NCBI GenBank assembly: GCA_963829525.1 | Contig: CAWHIJ010000003.1 | Coordinates: forward strand, 1,952,001 to 2,016,000 | Source of the DNA: an uncultured Actinomycetota bacterium | GTDB lineage: Bacteria; Actinomycetota; Actinomycetes; JAHEKZ01 | Direction: 5' to 3' | DNA length: 64,000 nucleotides | Shown here: in pieces, positions 41,051-52,465 of the stretch | Numbering within the stretch: the first letter of the stretch is position 1 | Layout: each line of letters starts with the position of its first letter | The notes under the pieces: generated by a model | What the model saw: only the letters and a program-made list of their open reading frames with translations | What the model was told of the DNA's origin: nothing | Databases searched by the model: none | Position numbers and translations under genes: made by a program

Positions 41051-43553
41051 CTAGCTCCGCACTCGTTCGCTCGTCGGGTCATAGAAGGGTTTCAGCGACA
41101 CCGTCGCAGGCACACGTTCACAGGCGACCTCCACCTCGTACTCACCAGCCTCAATGAAGTGGCGATCCGCGACGCCGTCGCGGTTCTCGATGTACCCCAG
41201 TCCCAACGGCGCATCCAGCGTGTGCCCGTACATACCGGACGTCGTATGCCCCACCAATTCGCCATCCCGCCAGATCGGCTCGTTGTGGTAGAGCAGTGCA
41301 TTGTCGCGCTGGACACGCACCTGCACCAACCGCCGCTTGCGCCCCGGCTTCTCGTTGCGCCGTCAACGCCTCGCGTCCCCGAGAAGCCGCCAGGCTTGTC
41401 CCACGCCACGGCGAAGCCGAGACCGGCCTCCAGCGGGGTGTCGTCGGGCGAGATGTCGTGGCCCCAGTGGCGGTAGCCCTTCTCCATGCGCAAGCGAGTT
41501 CAGGGCGTGGTACCCGCAGAGCTGCAGACCGACTGCCTCACCAGCACTGGCGACGAGCGTCGAAAACCCCAGTGGCGTACTCGGTGGGGACGTACAGCTC
41601 CCAGCCGAGCTCGCCGACGTAGCGTGATCCGACTGGCCCGCACCTGCGCGTAGCCGAGGTCGATGACCTGCGAGCGTACCGAACGGGAAAGCGTCGTTGT
41701 CCAGGTCGGCCAGTGGTAAGCGGCTGCAGCAGCTCACGCGACTCGCGGCCCCATCACGCTGAGCACTGCCATGGACGACGTGACGTCGACTCGACCATGC
41801 AGCGCGCGTCGGACGGGATGTGGTCGCGTCAGCCACGGCGAGGTCACGCACCTGCGTGGCGGCTGCGGTGACCACCAGGTAGCGATCCTCCGCTTCGCGG
41901 GTGACGGTGAGGTCGGCCTCGATCGTGCCCTGCTCGTTCAGCCACTGCGTGTAGACGATCCGGCCGACCGGTACCGAAACGTCATCGGCGCAGATCTGGT
42001 TCAGCACCGCTTCGGCGTCCGGGCCCTCGACGCACGAATTTGCCGAACGACGACAGGTCGAACAGCCCCACACGTTCGCGCACCGCATGGTGCTCGGCCG
42101 CCGAGTGCTCGAACCAGTTCTGCTTGCCGTACGTGTACTCGTAGACCGGTTCGACGCCGTCCGGTGCGAACCAGTTCGCCCGCTCCCACCCGGCGGTCTC
42201 GCCGAAGCAGGCGCCCCGCGCCGCCAGCCGGTCGTGCAGCGACGAGCGCCGGACACCGCGTGCTGTCTCCGGCTGCCGGTACGGCCAGTGCATGGCGTAC
42301 AGCAGGCCGAGCGTCTCGACTGTGCGGTCGTCGCAGGTAGCTCGGGTTGCGCTGGAACGGCATCATGCGTCGGATGTCGACGTCCCACAGGTCCATCGGC
42401 GGACGGCCGTCGATGATCCAGTCGGCCAGCACCTTGCCGGCACCGCCCGACGACTGGATGCCGATCGAGTTGAAGCCACACGCCAGGAACAGACCCTTCA
42501 CCTCGGGCGACTCGCCCAGCAGGTAGCGGTCGTCAGGCGTGAACGACTCAGGCCCGTTGAAGAACAGCTGGATCCCGACCTCCTCGAGGAGCGGCATGCG
42601 GTGCGCCGCGGCCTCGATCAGCGGTGCGACGTGTTCGAAGTCCTCCGGCAGGGTGCCGAAGCTGAACGACTCAGGGATGCCGCTGCCTCCGCCTCGCTCG
42701 GGCATGCCCCACGGCTTGGCCACCGGCTCGAACCAGCCGACGAGCAGCTTGCCGGCGCTCGGCCTTGAAGTACCCACAGGCGTCCTGGTCGCGCAGCACC
42801 GGCATCGTCGGCGAGATGCCGTCGACCGCGTCGGTGACGATGTAGAAGTGCTCGGCGGCGTGGAGGGGCACGTTGGCGCCGATCGGTGCACCCAGCTCGC
42901 GTCCCCACATGCCGGCGGCGTTGACGACCACGTCGGCGCGTAGCTCACGTCGCTCACCGTCGACCTCGTACTCCACCCCGACCGCGCGACCTCCTCGACG
43001 AGGATCCGAGTCGACCGGGGTGTGCTCGACGACCAGCGCACCCCGTGCGCGCGCCCCCTTGGCGAACGCCCATGTGGTGTCGACCGGGTTGGTCACTCCG
43101 TCACCGGGCAGGTAGACGCCACCGATCAGGTCGTCGGTCCTGGCCTGTGGCACCAGGCGTTCGACGTCGGACGGCTCGATCACCTCCACCGGCAGACCAA
43201 AGACACGCGCCATGGACGCTCCGCGCCGTAGCTCTTCGAACCGCTCGGCGTTGGCGGCAACCGCCACCGAGCCCCGGGTCTGGAAGCCGGTCGCCTGCCC
43301 GGTGTCCTGCTCAAGCGTGGCGAAGAGCTCGGTGGTGTACTTCGCGAGCCGCGTGAGGTTGTGCGTCGCTCGCAGCTGGCCGACCAGGCCCGGCAGCGTG
43401 CCAGGTGGTGCCACAGGTGAGCTCCTTGCGTTCGAGTAGAACGACGTCGGTGACACCGCGCAGGGCCAGGTGGTAGGCAATGCTGCAGCCGACGATGCCG
43501 CCACCGATGATGACGACGCGGGTGCTCGCGGGAAGCTCGCCGGGTTCAGCCAT
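41051..43553 (-). pseudogene. GcvT-family FAD oxidoreductase (dimethylglycine/sarcosine dehydrogenase-like), multiply frameshifted as assembled
   Basis: [69 protein letters not shown] across many frame fragments. Confidence 0.85.
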
Positions 43554-43588
43554 GAGGTCTCCTGAGTCTGGACCCGGCCAGTCTGCCC

Positions 43589-44614
43589 TCAATCCCAGTG
43601 GTCGGCGACCTTCTTGCTCGGCTGAACCCTCGGAGGCTCCCCCGGCATCTTGGGAAAGTTCGGCGGGTAGTTGGTCTCACCAAGACCCTGCTCCTCGTCG
43701 CGTTCCACCCAGGCGAGGGCACGCTCAAGACCTGCACCCGCGGCACGCATTGGCGCCTGCAGGTCTCCGATTTCGTCGAGACGATCTGGCACCGTGTGGA
43801 TGGAGAAGTCCATCGTGCTGACTGAAGGAAGCTCGTCCCACGTCACCGGCGTCGAGACAGGTGCGCCCGGCCTTGCCCGAACGGTATAGGCGGCCGCGAT
43901 TGTCTTATCGGGAAGCATCTGGTTGAAGTCGATGAAGACACGCTCGCCGCGCTCCTCCTTCCACCAGGCGGACGTCACTCGCTCGGGTGCCCGCCGTTCC
44001 ATCTCACGTGCGATGGCGAGGACGGAGCGGCGCACCTGCGGAAACGTCCAACCGGCTGTCAGTGGGACATCGATGTGGATTCCGCGGCCGCCTGATGTCT
44101 TCGGGAATCCCACCAGGCCGAGCTCGCCCAGGATCGGACGCAGCAGCTGCAGCCCCACCCACACCGCGTCGGAGAAGTCCGTCCCGGTCTGCGGGTCGAG
44201 GTCGATCCGCATCAGGTCTGGATGAGCGAGGTCAGCGGCCAGGGCAGGCCACGGGTGCAGCGTGATCGTGCCGTACTGCGCCGCCCACACCAGGTCAGCC
44301 GGGTGTTCGGGTCGCAGCACCTCAGCCTTTCGGCCCCCCGGGAATGAGACGGTGACGCGTCCTAGCCACTCGGGAGCCTTCGGTGGGAGACGTTTTTGGT
44401 AGACCTCCTCTCCCGCGATTCCGTCGGGGTAGCGCTGCAGGTAGGTGGGACGACCGACCACCGCAGTGAGCGCGATTTCGGCCACCGATGCGTAGTAGCG
44501 GACCAGGTCGATCTTGCGTCCGCGCTCCCCCAGGTCAGGGAAGTAGATCTTGTCGGGGTTGGAGATTGACACCGTCCGACCAGCAACCTCGACGTCGACA
44601 CGTTGGGGAGCCAC
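43589..44614 (-). CDS. LigD-type primase-polymerase domain protein (Prim-PolC-like)
   Basis: [64 protein letters not shown]-terminal extension. Confidence 0.88.
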   Translation of the reverse strand: MAPQRVDVEVAGRTVSISNPDKIYFPDLGERGRKIDLVRYYASVAEIALTAVVGRPTYLQRYPDGIAGEEVYQKRLPPKAPEWLGRVTVSFPGGRKAEVLRPEHPADLVWAAQYGTITLHPWPALAADLAHPDLMRIDLDPQTGTDFSDAVWVGLQLLRPILGELGLVGFPKTSGGRGIHIDVPLTAGWTFPQVRRSVLAIAREMERRAPERVTSAWWKEERGERVFIDFNQMLPDKTIAAAYTVRARPGAPVSTPVTWDELPSVSTMDFSIHTVPDRLDEIGDLQAPMRAAGAGLERALAWVERDEEQGLGETNYPPNFPKMPGEPPRVQPSKKVADHWD

Positions 44615-44692
44615 GAGGTCGACCGTACTTCGTCACCAGTTGGTGAGGGGCTCGCACTGGCCGACTGAGGCCTGGGAACTTAACGTTGGACT

Positions 44693-45097
44693 ATGACCAA
44701 CCGCGTAGAGAAGTCAGATGCCGAATGGCAGGCCCAGCTGTCTCCCCAGGAGTACCAGGTCCTCCGCCAGGGTGGCACCGAGCCAGCCTTCACCGGCGAG
44801 TACACCGACACGGCGACCACCGGCGTCTACCGATGCCGGGCCTGCAGCCAGGTGCTGTTCCGCTCAGACACCAAGTTCGCCAGCCACTGCGGGTGGCCGT
44901 CGTTCTACGCCCCCACCGAGGACGACGCCGTCGAGCTCATCGAAGACCGCTCGATGGGCATGGTGCGAACCGAGGCCCGGTGCGCCAACTGCGGCTCACA
45001 CCTGGGCCACGTCTTCGAGGGTGAGGGCTACGACGTCCCAACCGACCAACGATGGTGCATCAACTCGATCAGCCTGACCCTTGAACCAGCCGAGTAA
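44693..45097 (+). CDS. msrB: Peptide-methionine (R)-S-oxide reductase
   Basis: GTEPAFTG, CRAC, CGWPSF, CANCGSHLGHVF, RWCINS. Confidence 0.96.
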   Translation: MTNRVEKSDAEWQAQLSPQEYQVLRQGGTEPAFTGEYTDTATTGVYRCRACSQVLFRSDTKFASHCGWPSFYAPTEDDAVELIEDRSMGMVRTEARCANCGSHLGHVFEGEGYDVPTDQRWCINSISLTLEPAE

Positions 45098-45129
45098 CCG
45101 CTGAGCTGCGGCTGAGCAAGATGCCTCGC

Positions 45130-45675
45130 TCAGCTTGTCGGGGCCTCTGTATGGGCCTCTATCGGGGCCACCGTCGGCGTCATCTCGCGTAGCTCGGCGA
45201 TGAGGGCTTCGATGTCGTCGTGCTTGTGCGACATCGTGCGGTGGGCGATGTGAGACGCGTGCGGAAGTACCGAGCTGATGTCGTCGGGTAGCTTCGCTGC
45301 GATCACCATGACGGCGCCCTCGCCTGAGTCGAGAGCCGTGCCGAGCTCGGCGATGTCCTTCCGTGAAACACCGTGCCAGAGGTGAGCGGCCGCCCTCGCG
45401 ACACCACCGCCTGCGGCCGCAGTGACCAGGATCACCGGCGGGTAGAGCAGCCCGAGCAGTCCGCCGACCACCGTGCCGGCGATGCCGCCCTTGTCGGCGT
45501 CCGGCTCGAGGTGGTTGACCACCTTGGCCTTGCCGGTCGAGGAGCGCTCGACGAGAGCCAGCGCGTAGATGCGCTCGCTCCAGAGTTCTTCGCGGTTCTT
45601 GGCGATGTGTTCATAGTCGCCCTCGGCGCGATGACGGTTGTCGTACGTGCCGACGACGATGACCGGGTGAGCCAT
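45130..45675 (-). CDS. DUF1269-like glycine-zipper membrane protein
   Basis: GGIAGTVVGGLLGLL, ELGTALDSGEGAV. Confidence 0.65.
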   Translation of the reverse strand: MAHPVIVVGTYDNRHRAEGDYEHIAKNREELWSERIYALALVERSSTGKAKVVNHLEPDADKGGIAGTVVGGLLGLLYPPVILVTAAAGGGVARAAAHLWHGVSRKDIAELGTALDSGEGAVMVIAAKLPDDISSVLPHASHIAHRTMSHKHDDIEALIAELREMTPTVAPIEAHTEAPTS

Positions 45676-45729
45676 GACAACCTCCTGCGCGTTGGGCCAA
45701 CGAGACCCTCACGAGCAGATTAGTGCCGA

Positions 45730-46482
45730 TCAGGGCAGAGAAGCCACGATCTCGGCGATCGGGCGGCGCCGTCCCGTGTAGAACGGAATCTCCTCGCGCA
45801 CGTGCAGCCTGGCCCTGGACGCACGGAGGTGGCGCATGAGGTCGACGATGCGGTAGAGCTCGTCGGCCTCGAAGGCGAGCAGCCATTCGTAGTCACCGAG
45901 AGCGAATGAGGCCACCGTGTTCGCACGAACATCGGCGTAGCCGCGAGCCATCTGTCCGTGCTCGGCGAGCATCGCCCGGCGCTCCTCGTCAGGTAGGACG
46001 TACCACTCGAGGGATCGCACAAACGGGTAGACGCAGATGTAGCGCTTGGGGTCCTCGTCGGCGAGGAACGCAGGGACGTGGCTCTTGTTGAACTCAGCAG
46101 GTCGGTGCAACGCCATCTGCGACCAGACCGGCTCACATGTCGCACCGAGGGCGGTCTGCCGGAACGCCGAATAGGCGTCCTGCAGGTCGTCACTGTTCTC
46201 GGCATGCCACCAGATCATGAAGTCTGCGTCAGCACGCAACCCCTGCACGTCGTAGACGCCCCGAACCACCACGCCCTTGCCATCCAGCTGCTCAAAGAGC
46301 GAGTCGACCTCAGCGGCTACGCCAACTCGGTTGGCGCCCTGCCGAGTAGTGCTCCGGAACACCGACCACGCCGTATAGCGGATCTTGTCGTTGAGCTCGC
46401 GGGCCTGCTTTCCGGTGATCGTCCGACCTGCTGGGCCTGGCGTGCTGGATGCGGGCTCTGGGGTTGTATGCGCGTCACTCAC
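45730..46482 (-). CDS. hemQ: Coproheme decarboxylase (ChdC)
   Basis: [45 protein letters not shown]. Confidence 0.95.
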   Translation of the reverse strand: MSDAHTTPEPASSTPGPAGRTITGKQARELNDKIRYTAWSVFRSTTRQGANRVGVAAEVDSLFEQLDGKGVVVRGVYDVQGLRADADFMIWWHAENSDDLQDAYSAFRQTALGATCEPVWSQMALHRPAEFNKSHVPAFLADEDPKRYICVYPFVRSLEWYVLPDEERRAMLAEHGQMARGYADVRANTVASFALGDYEWLLAFEADELYRIVDLMRHLRASRARLHVREEIPFYTGRRRPIAEIVASLP

Positions 46483-46492
46483 GCACCTATTG

Positions 46493-47872
46493 TCACCCGC
46501 TGGCATCTGCCCCGGCCACTCGGTCTGCCGCGTTCTGCCCGGAGGCGATGCACGCCGGGATCCCGACGCCATCCCAGGCAGCACCGGCGACAGCCAACCC
46601 AGCAGGCAGACCCTCGCGTGCTCGGGCGACCCTTGCCCGATGTCCCACGCGGTACTGCGGCAGCGATCGCACCCAGTGGGTGACAACGGCGGCCCGAGGC
46701 GGGCCTCGGAGCCCCAGTAAGCCCCCCACCTCGTCGAGCACTGCTTTGACCAGCTGGTCGTCGGGCAGGTCCAGCCCGCGAGCGTCTCCGTGGCGTCCTA
46801 CAGAGAATCGCAACACCTCTCGGCCAGGGGCAGCTTCTTGTACCCACTGCCATTTGCGCGTCACAAACGTCGCTGCCTTGGTAAGCCGTCCGGTGACGGG
46901 TGGAACCAGGAAGCCGGTGCCCTGCAACGGCGCGCTGACCGCGTCGGCGTCGAAGACGGTGGTGACGAGGGCCACGGATGCGTACTCGAGGGCTGATGCC
47001 ACCACGGCGGCATCGGGCGCGACCGAGCCAAGTAGCGGCGCCCCGGCGTAACCGGGAAGGGCAATGATGACCCGATCGGCGTCAAGCGCACCTCCGCCGT
47101 CGGTAACGACGGTCCAGCCGCTCGAAGGGCCGTGCCGTCGCAGCTCGACTGCCGACGTGTTCGTCAGAACCACGAGACGGCAGGCCTCGACCAACGAGTC
47201 GGGCAGGGATCCAAGGCCGCCGACCACCGAGGCGAAGGGTGGAGCGTCGCCGGGCGACCCACCACGCATTGACGCAGCGGCGGCCATGACCGATCCCGTT
47301 CGTCGTACAGCCTCCAGCAACCCCGGTAATGCGGCGTCAACCGATATCTGGTCGGCACGGCCGGCGTAGACGCCTCCCAGCAAGGGCTCGACCAGTCGAT
47401 CGACCACGTCGGTTCCGAGCTGGCTACCCACGAGCTCGGCCACAGTCATGTCATGGGCAGGGTCGATGGGCTGTGTCAGGCGTGGCTCGTGCCGAAGCCG
47501 CTTCAGCCCGGCTGCACCAAGAAGGGCTGACAGGTCTGGGTCGTCCGCGTCAGTGGGAACACCGAGCAGCTGTTGGCGCGGCAACCGGTGGAGGCGGTCG
47601 AGCCAGACGCCTGCCCCGGACGTCGCCGGGTTCACAAGATCAGGCAGGCGCCCTGCTGCACCGATGAGCTGCAGCCCCTCAGGACGCCGGGTGAGAAGCG
47701 ACTCGGCGCCCGCGTCAAGACAGAGCCCGTCGACAACGTGTCGCGCGAGCTTGCCCCCAACTGCTGCGCTGCTCTCGATCAGCGTGACATCGTCACCATG
47801 CTCGGCGCATCGGCGCGCTGCCTCGAGGCCAGCAATACCGCCCCCGATCACAACCGTTCGCGCCGCAGTCAT
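46493..47872 (-). CDS. hemG: Coproporphyrinogen/protoporphyrinogen oxidase (HemY-type)
   Basis: [45 protein letters not shown]. Confidence 0.92.
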   Translation of the reverse strand: MTAARTVVIGGGIAGLEAARRCAEHGDDVTLIESSAAVGGKLARHVVDGLCLDAGAESLLTRRPEGLQLIGAAGRLPDLVNPATSGAGVWLDRLHRLPRQQLLGVPTDADDPDLSALLGAAGLKRLRHEPRLTQPIDPAHDMTVAELVGSQLGTDVVDRLVEPLLGGVYAGRADQISVDAALPGLLEAVRRTGSVMAAAASMRGGSPGDAPPFASVVGGLGSLPDSLVEACRLVVLTNTSAVELRRHGPSSGWTVVTDGGGALDADRVIIALPGYAGAPLLGSVAPDAAVVASALEYASVALVTTVFDADAVSAPLQGTGFLVPPVTGRLTKAATFVTRKWQWVQEAAPGREVLRFSVGRHGDARGLDLPDDQLVKAVLDEVGGLLGLRGPPRAAVVTHWVRSLPQYRVGHRARVARAREGLPAGLAVAGAAWDGVGIPACIASGQNAADRVAGADASG

Positions 47873-48034
47873 GGCGGTCACCCTGTCAGAGGTGAGATCA
47901 CGAACGGGTGACAGGTCGGCAGTTGCGGAACTCAGTGACGGGGAGGGGCGTCGAACGGCCCGATAGACCCGAAACACTGCGCTTCAGGGGCTGCACGGCT
48001 CCACAGGAGCCGGTGTCTACGCCCGGGAGGGGCT

Positions 48035-49006
48035 ATGAGGGGTTCGCGCACTGCGGCACTGTCCACCATCACACTGACCGGAGCAGCTGTGCTGCTCGCT
48101 GGCTGTTCCGGGTCTTCGAGCGAGAACATGAGCACCTCGTCAGACGATGCCGCCTCAGGACGAACCGGCTACGTGGCAGGGGAACCAGCGCAGGACTCGG
48201 GGGCTGCAGGCGACGCGGCAACGGCCCAAGGGGCGGGAACCAAGACCTCGGGAGGGGCGCCGCTCACCGACCTCCTCACCGAGCGAGCGGTGATCGCTAC
48301 CGCAGAGATGACGCTGCGTTCGGAGGATGTTCCCTCCACAGTGAGCGCCATCGAGGTCATCGCCAAGTCTGCCGGCGGCTTCGTGTCCAGCCGCGATATC
48401 AGTAGCAACCCTGACGACTCTCCGGGCACCAGGGCCGTCATCGTGGTCCGCGTTCCGACAGCCAAGTTGAATGCTGTTATTGACCAAGCGCAGACCGAGG
48501 GCGACGTCGTACGTGTCACATCGGATGTGCAAGACGTCACTGAGACCGTCGTCGACGTCAACAGCAGGGTCAAGAGTGCTGAGGCAAGCGTCGAACGAAT
48601 CCGTGCCCTGCTGTCACGAGCAACAACGATCGGTGAGGTTGTGCGGATCGAGAGTGAGCTCTCCCAGCGTGAGGCCGATCTGGAGTCGCTTCAAGCGCAA
48701 CAGCGGTCACTGTCCGACCAGACCGCTCTGGCCACTCTTTCGGTGACGGTGCTGGCGCCGAGTGCTGTTGAGCCGGTGGCCGCGGAAAACGCGGGCTTCG
48801 TCGCTGGCCTCGAACGCGGCTGGGACGCGCTCATCGGTCTCGTCGTCGTCGCCCTCACAACGCTCGGCGTGCTGCTTCCCTTCCTCGTGGTTGCCGCTCT
48901 GGTCCTTGGGCCTATCGCCGCCGCCTGGCGCCGGCGGCAGTCAGCCAACGCCGCTATCGCGCCCCGCGAGACTCCGCAGGAGCGCGAGCCGGAGCCCGTC
49001 CACTAG
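48035..49006 (+). CDS. DUF4349 lipoprotein
   Basis: LLAGC lipobox; VRVP, QDVT..VVDV..R, coiled coil, C-terminal TM. Confidence 0.85.
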   Translation: MRGSRTAALSTITLTGAAVLLAGCSGSSSENMSTSSDDAASGRTGYVAGEPAQDSGAAGDAATAQGAGTKTSGGAPLTDLLTERAVIATAEMTLRSEDVPSTVSAIEVIAKSAGGFVSSRDISSNPDDSPGTRAVIVVRVPTAKLNAVIDQAQTEGDVVRVTSDVQDVTETVVDVNSRVKSAEASVERIRALLSRATTIGEVVRIESELSQREADLESLQAQQRSLSDQTALATLSVTVLAPSAVEPVAAENAGFVAGLERGWDALIGLVVVALTTLGVLLPFLVVAALVLGPIAAAWRRRQSANAAIAPRETPQEREPEPVH

Positions 49007-49080
49007 CGAGACCCCGCAACGTGTGAGCTCGCCGGTGGTATGGCCCCGCGCTACTAACACGATGTGACCCGTACTGGCGT

Positions 49081-50121
49081 CTAGCGCGCGGTTCGATCGT
49101 GAACCTGGCGCACAACAGCGGCCAGTACCTCGGGGTCGCTGGTCGGCAGGACGCCGTGGCCAAGGTTGAAGACATGACCTGAAAGGTTGCGAGCCGACTC
49201 GAGCACTGCGTCCACCTGGATTCGAACGGCGTCCGGCGAGGAGAAGATGACCGCCGGGTCGAGGTTGCCTTGCAGCGCAACGGTGTCACCGACCCGCTTG
49301 GCCGCGTCGGCGAGGGCCAGCCGGTAGTCGACGCCGACGACATCGGCACCCGCGTCACGCATCAGGGCCAGCAGCTCGCCAGTGTTCACACCGAAGTGGA
49401 TCCGCGGCACCCCTGTCTCCGCTAACGACGACAAGATGCGTTTCGAGTGCGGCATGACGTAGCGCGCATAGTCGACGGCCGAGAGCGCGCCGACCCATGA
49501 GTCGAAGAGCTGGATCGCCGATGCCCCAGCGGCCACCTGCACGTGCAGATAGGCCGCCGAGATGTCAGCGAGCTTGGCCATCAGCGCGTGCCAAAGACCT
49601 TCATCGCTGTACATCAGGGCCTTGGTGTTTTCGTGGTTCTTCGATGGGCCACCCTCGACGAGGTACGACGCGAGGGTGAACGGCGCCCCGGCGAAGCCGA
49701 TGAGCGGCGTAGCGCCGAGTTCGGCGGTCAGCAGGCCGATCGCCTCGGTGATGTACGGCACGTCATCTGGAGTCAACTCCCCCATTGCGTCGACCTGCTC
49801 CCGTCGACGGACCGGGTCGGCCACCACCGGACCGACGCCAGGGACGATGTCGAGGTCGAAGCCGATCGCCTTGAGCGGCAGCACGATGTCACTGAAGAAG
49901 ATCGCAGCATCAACGCCGTAACGGCGGACGGGCTGCATCGTGATCTCCGCGACGAGGTCAGGCCTGGTGCACGCCTCAAGCATCGTCGTCCCCTCACGCA
50001 ACTTGCGGTACTCAGGAAGGGATCGACCCGCCTGCCGCATGAACCACACCGGGGTGTGCGGGACCGGCTGACGCCGGCAGGCGAGCAGAAACGGGGAATG
50101 AGGTAGGGACGCGTGAGGCAC
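49081..50121 (-). CDS. hemE: Uroporphyrinogen decarboxylase
   Basis: WFMRQAGRSLPEYR, FSDI, GFAGAPFTLASY, QGNLDP, FNLGHG. Confidence 0.97.
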   Translation of the reverse strand: MPHASLPHSPFLLACRRQPVPHTPVWFMRQAGRSLPEYRKLREGTTMLEACTRPDLVAEITMQPVRRYGVDAAIFFSDIVLPLKAIGFDLDIVPGVGPVVADPVRRREQVDAMGELTPDDVPYITEAIGLLTAELGATPLIGFAGAPFTLASYLVEGGPSKNHENTKALMYSDEGLWHALMAKLADISAAYLHVQVAAGASAIQLFDSWVGALSAVDYARYVMPHSKRILSSLAETGVPRIHFGVNTGELLALMRDAGADVVGVDYRLALADAAKRVGDTVALQGNLDPAVIFSSPDAVRIQVDAVLESARNLSGHVFNLGHGVLPTSDPEVLAAVVRQVHDRTAR

Positions 50122-50156
50122 GGTCAGTCATCGTGTCACGGAACGATGAGGACGGC

Positions 50157-51002
50157 TCACCCGGCCGACAGAAGCACGATGCCGACCAGGGCCCCAATGA
50201 CTCCGTAGATCTGTAGCCGCGTAAGCCGCTCCTTGAGCAGGATCCGGGCCAGAAGCAGTGTCGCCACCGGGTAGAGCGAGCCAAGCACGGCCGTCACGCT
50301 GAGCAGACCGAATGTCGACGACCAGGCGAACGCACCGTTGGCCGCTGCGTCCCCTGCTCCGACACCGGCGAGGCCCGGCAGGTCGCGCCAGCGCAGTCCC
50401 ACCAGCCGGGTGAACACGACGACGGGAACGACCATGAGCAGAACACTCGTCGCGCGCTGCACGACGATCGTCATTCCGACGCTGGACTCCCCTCCTCCAG
50501 CCAGAAAGACGAATGATGCACCGAAGCCGATTGCGGCCACGAGAGCAAGCGCAATTGACTTCACGTGGGCATCGCGCGCTTCGACATTCTCGTGCGGCAC
50601 ATCAGGACCGGCAGCCAGCACCACACCGACGAACGCCACCGCGATCCCCAAGTACTGCAGGACCGACGGTTGCTCACCCTGGGCCAGTCCCCAGGCAACC
50701 GGGACGATGATTCCCGTCGCCGCGATGGGTGACACGACCCCCATGGTCCCGATCGACAGCGCTCCGTAGAACGACACCAGTCCGACCGGTCCGACGATCC
50801 CCGCCCCAACGCCCCACCAGAAATAGCCAGAAGGGTCGTCGAACGATCCGATGAGCCACACGGTGGGGACGATCAGGGTCAGCGCGATCATCTGTGAGAT
50901 CAACACCACGACGACAGCCGGCATCCGCTTGGTGAAGATGCCCCCGAAGAAGTCGGCGGTTCCCCACAAGAGGCTCGAGAGCAGAGCAAGGGCGACGGCC
51001 AC
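50157..51002 (-). CDS. EamA/DMT family transporter
   Basis: WGTADFFGG, GTMGVVSPI, SLYPVAT, LKERL; ~10 TM. Confidence 0.88.
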   Translation of the reverse strand: MAVALALLSSLLWGTADFFGGIFTKRMPAVVVVLISQMIALTLIVPTVWLIGSFDDPSGYFWWGVGAGIVGPVGLVSFYGALSIGTMGVVSPIAATGIIVPVAWGLAQGEQPSVLQYLGIAVAFVGVVLAAGPDVPHENVEARDAHVKSIALALVAAIGFGASFVFLAGGGESSVGMTIVVQRATSVLLMVVPVVVFTRLVGLRWRDLPGLAGVGAGDAAANGAFAWSSTFGLLSVTAVLGSLYPVATLLLARILLKERLTRLQIYGVIGALVGIVLLSAG

Positions 51003-51073
51003 CAGGGAAGGCTAGGTGCTGACGCTGCGCGCGTCGCGACCGGGCGGGCGGAGTCTCGACGTACGCTGACGTC

Positions 51074-51634
51074 GTGACTCAGCCGGATTCCCCACCGGAG
51101 ACCTTCTCCCGCGCACTGCAGTCACTCCGGGCTGCCCGGCTGCGCCCGGAGATCTCCTGCGACGAGGCTCCGGCCCCGCAACGTCTCGCCCCTTTCTCGG
51201 TGGCGCTGACAGCAGATGTTGTCGTCGGCGAGGACGAGCTCGGCTCCGGGCGCTTCGTCGTGCTTCACAACCCCGACGGTCACGAAGCGTGGGACGGCAC
51301 CTTTCGCATCGTCACGTTTGCCAGAGCAGCACTGGACGTCGCCATGGGCGCCGACCCCCTGGTGACTCAGGTCGGCTGGTCGTGGCTCATGGAGTGCCTG
51401 GACGCTCACAATCTCGACGTCATCGCGGCCAGCGGCACGGTCACCCGAGTCGCCTCCGAGAGCTTCGGCTCGATGTCAGATCGGCCGGCGTCAGCCGAGC
51501 TGGAGATCCGCGCCTCCTGGACGCCGGCTACCGACTCACTGGGGGAACACCTGCTGGCCTGGGGAGACCTGCTCTGCACCGCCGCGGGACTCCCACCGCT
51601 CCCGGCCGGGGTGATTCCGCTCGGCCGTCGCTGA
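51074..51634 (+). CDS. DUF3000 family protein
   Basis: APQRLAP, GRFVVLHNP.G..AW.G.FR, VGWSWL, EIRASW. Confidence 0.9.
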   Translation: MTQPDSPPETFSRALQSLRAARLRPEISCDEAPAPQRLAPFSVALTADVVVGEDELGSGRFVVLHNPDGHEAWDGTFRIVTFARAALDVAMGADPLVTQVGWSWLMECLDAHNLDVIAASGTVTRVASESFGSMSDRPASAELEIRASWTPATDSLGEHLLAWGDLLCTAAGLPPLPAGVIPLGRR

Positions 51635-51822
51635 CGACACACCGCCCGCGCCTGCTCTCCGGGCCCGCCTGGCCTCGGCTATCTCTAGGCCCCATTTCCC
51701 TTCAGCCCCCGCTGGTGCCGTCCGATGAGAACTCAGGTGGGCATTCCGGACTAGTTCGGTCCCGCCTGCTCGATCGGCAGCGTTGGACGCCCCTGCGTCC
51801 GACTGGCAAAAGGGAGGGACGG

Positions 51823-52440
51823 GTGACCACACTCGTCGAGCGCGGCGGACATCCGCACGCGTTCCGCACTGCCCGCTTCACCGCGCTTGCGGTCGTGGCG
51901 AACCCGAGCGTCCGCGAGGCGGTCGTCCGTAGGCTCCACATTCTCGGAGCCGCTTCCGTGGCCGAGGCGGCCTCGGTGGCCGAGGCCCGCGCGAGGGCCA
52001 TCGCTGACGGTCCACGCGACCTGTGCGTCATCGATCTCGCCCTGCCCGACGGCTCTGGACTGCAGCTGCTCGGCGAGCTGCGGCAGGCTGGATGGTCACG
52101 CTGCGTCGCGCTCTCACCGGGGGACGACCCCTACTCCGTCCGCGCGGCCATCGCCGCCGGCGTCAAAGGCTTCGTGGTCACCGGAGGAGCACCAGACAGC
52201 CCCCGCAGCACTCCCGGCCCCCGGGCTCGCGGCGCGGGAGGCCCCGATGGGCTCTCCGCACGCGAGATCGAGGTACTTCAGCTGGTGGCCGGCGGCCGCT
52301 CGAACCGTGACATCGGCGGTGAGCTGAGCCTGTCGGCCCTCACGGTCAAGAGCCACCTGGCCCGGATCGCTCGCAAGCTCGGAACCGGCGACCGCGCTGA
52401 GATGGTCGCCGTCGCACTGCGTGCCGGGGTTATCAGCTGA
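51823..52440 (+). CDS. Orphan atypical LuxR-family response regulator
   Basis: RBS AGGGAGG; DLALPDGSG receiver; LSAREIEVL...SNRDIG..LSLSALTVKSHL. Confidence 0.9.
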   Translation: MTTLVERGGHPHAFRTARFTALAVVANPSVREAVVRRLHILGAASVAEAASVAEARARAIADGPRDLCVIDLALPDGSGLQLLGELRQAGWSRCVALSPGDDPYSVRAAIAAGVKGFVVTGGAPDSPRSTPGPRARGAGGPDGLSAREIEVLQLVAGGRSNRDIGGELSLSALTVKSHLARIARKLGTGDRAEMVAVALRAGVIS

Positions 52441-52465
52441 CCCTGGGCCCGCGTACGGTTGCGCC

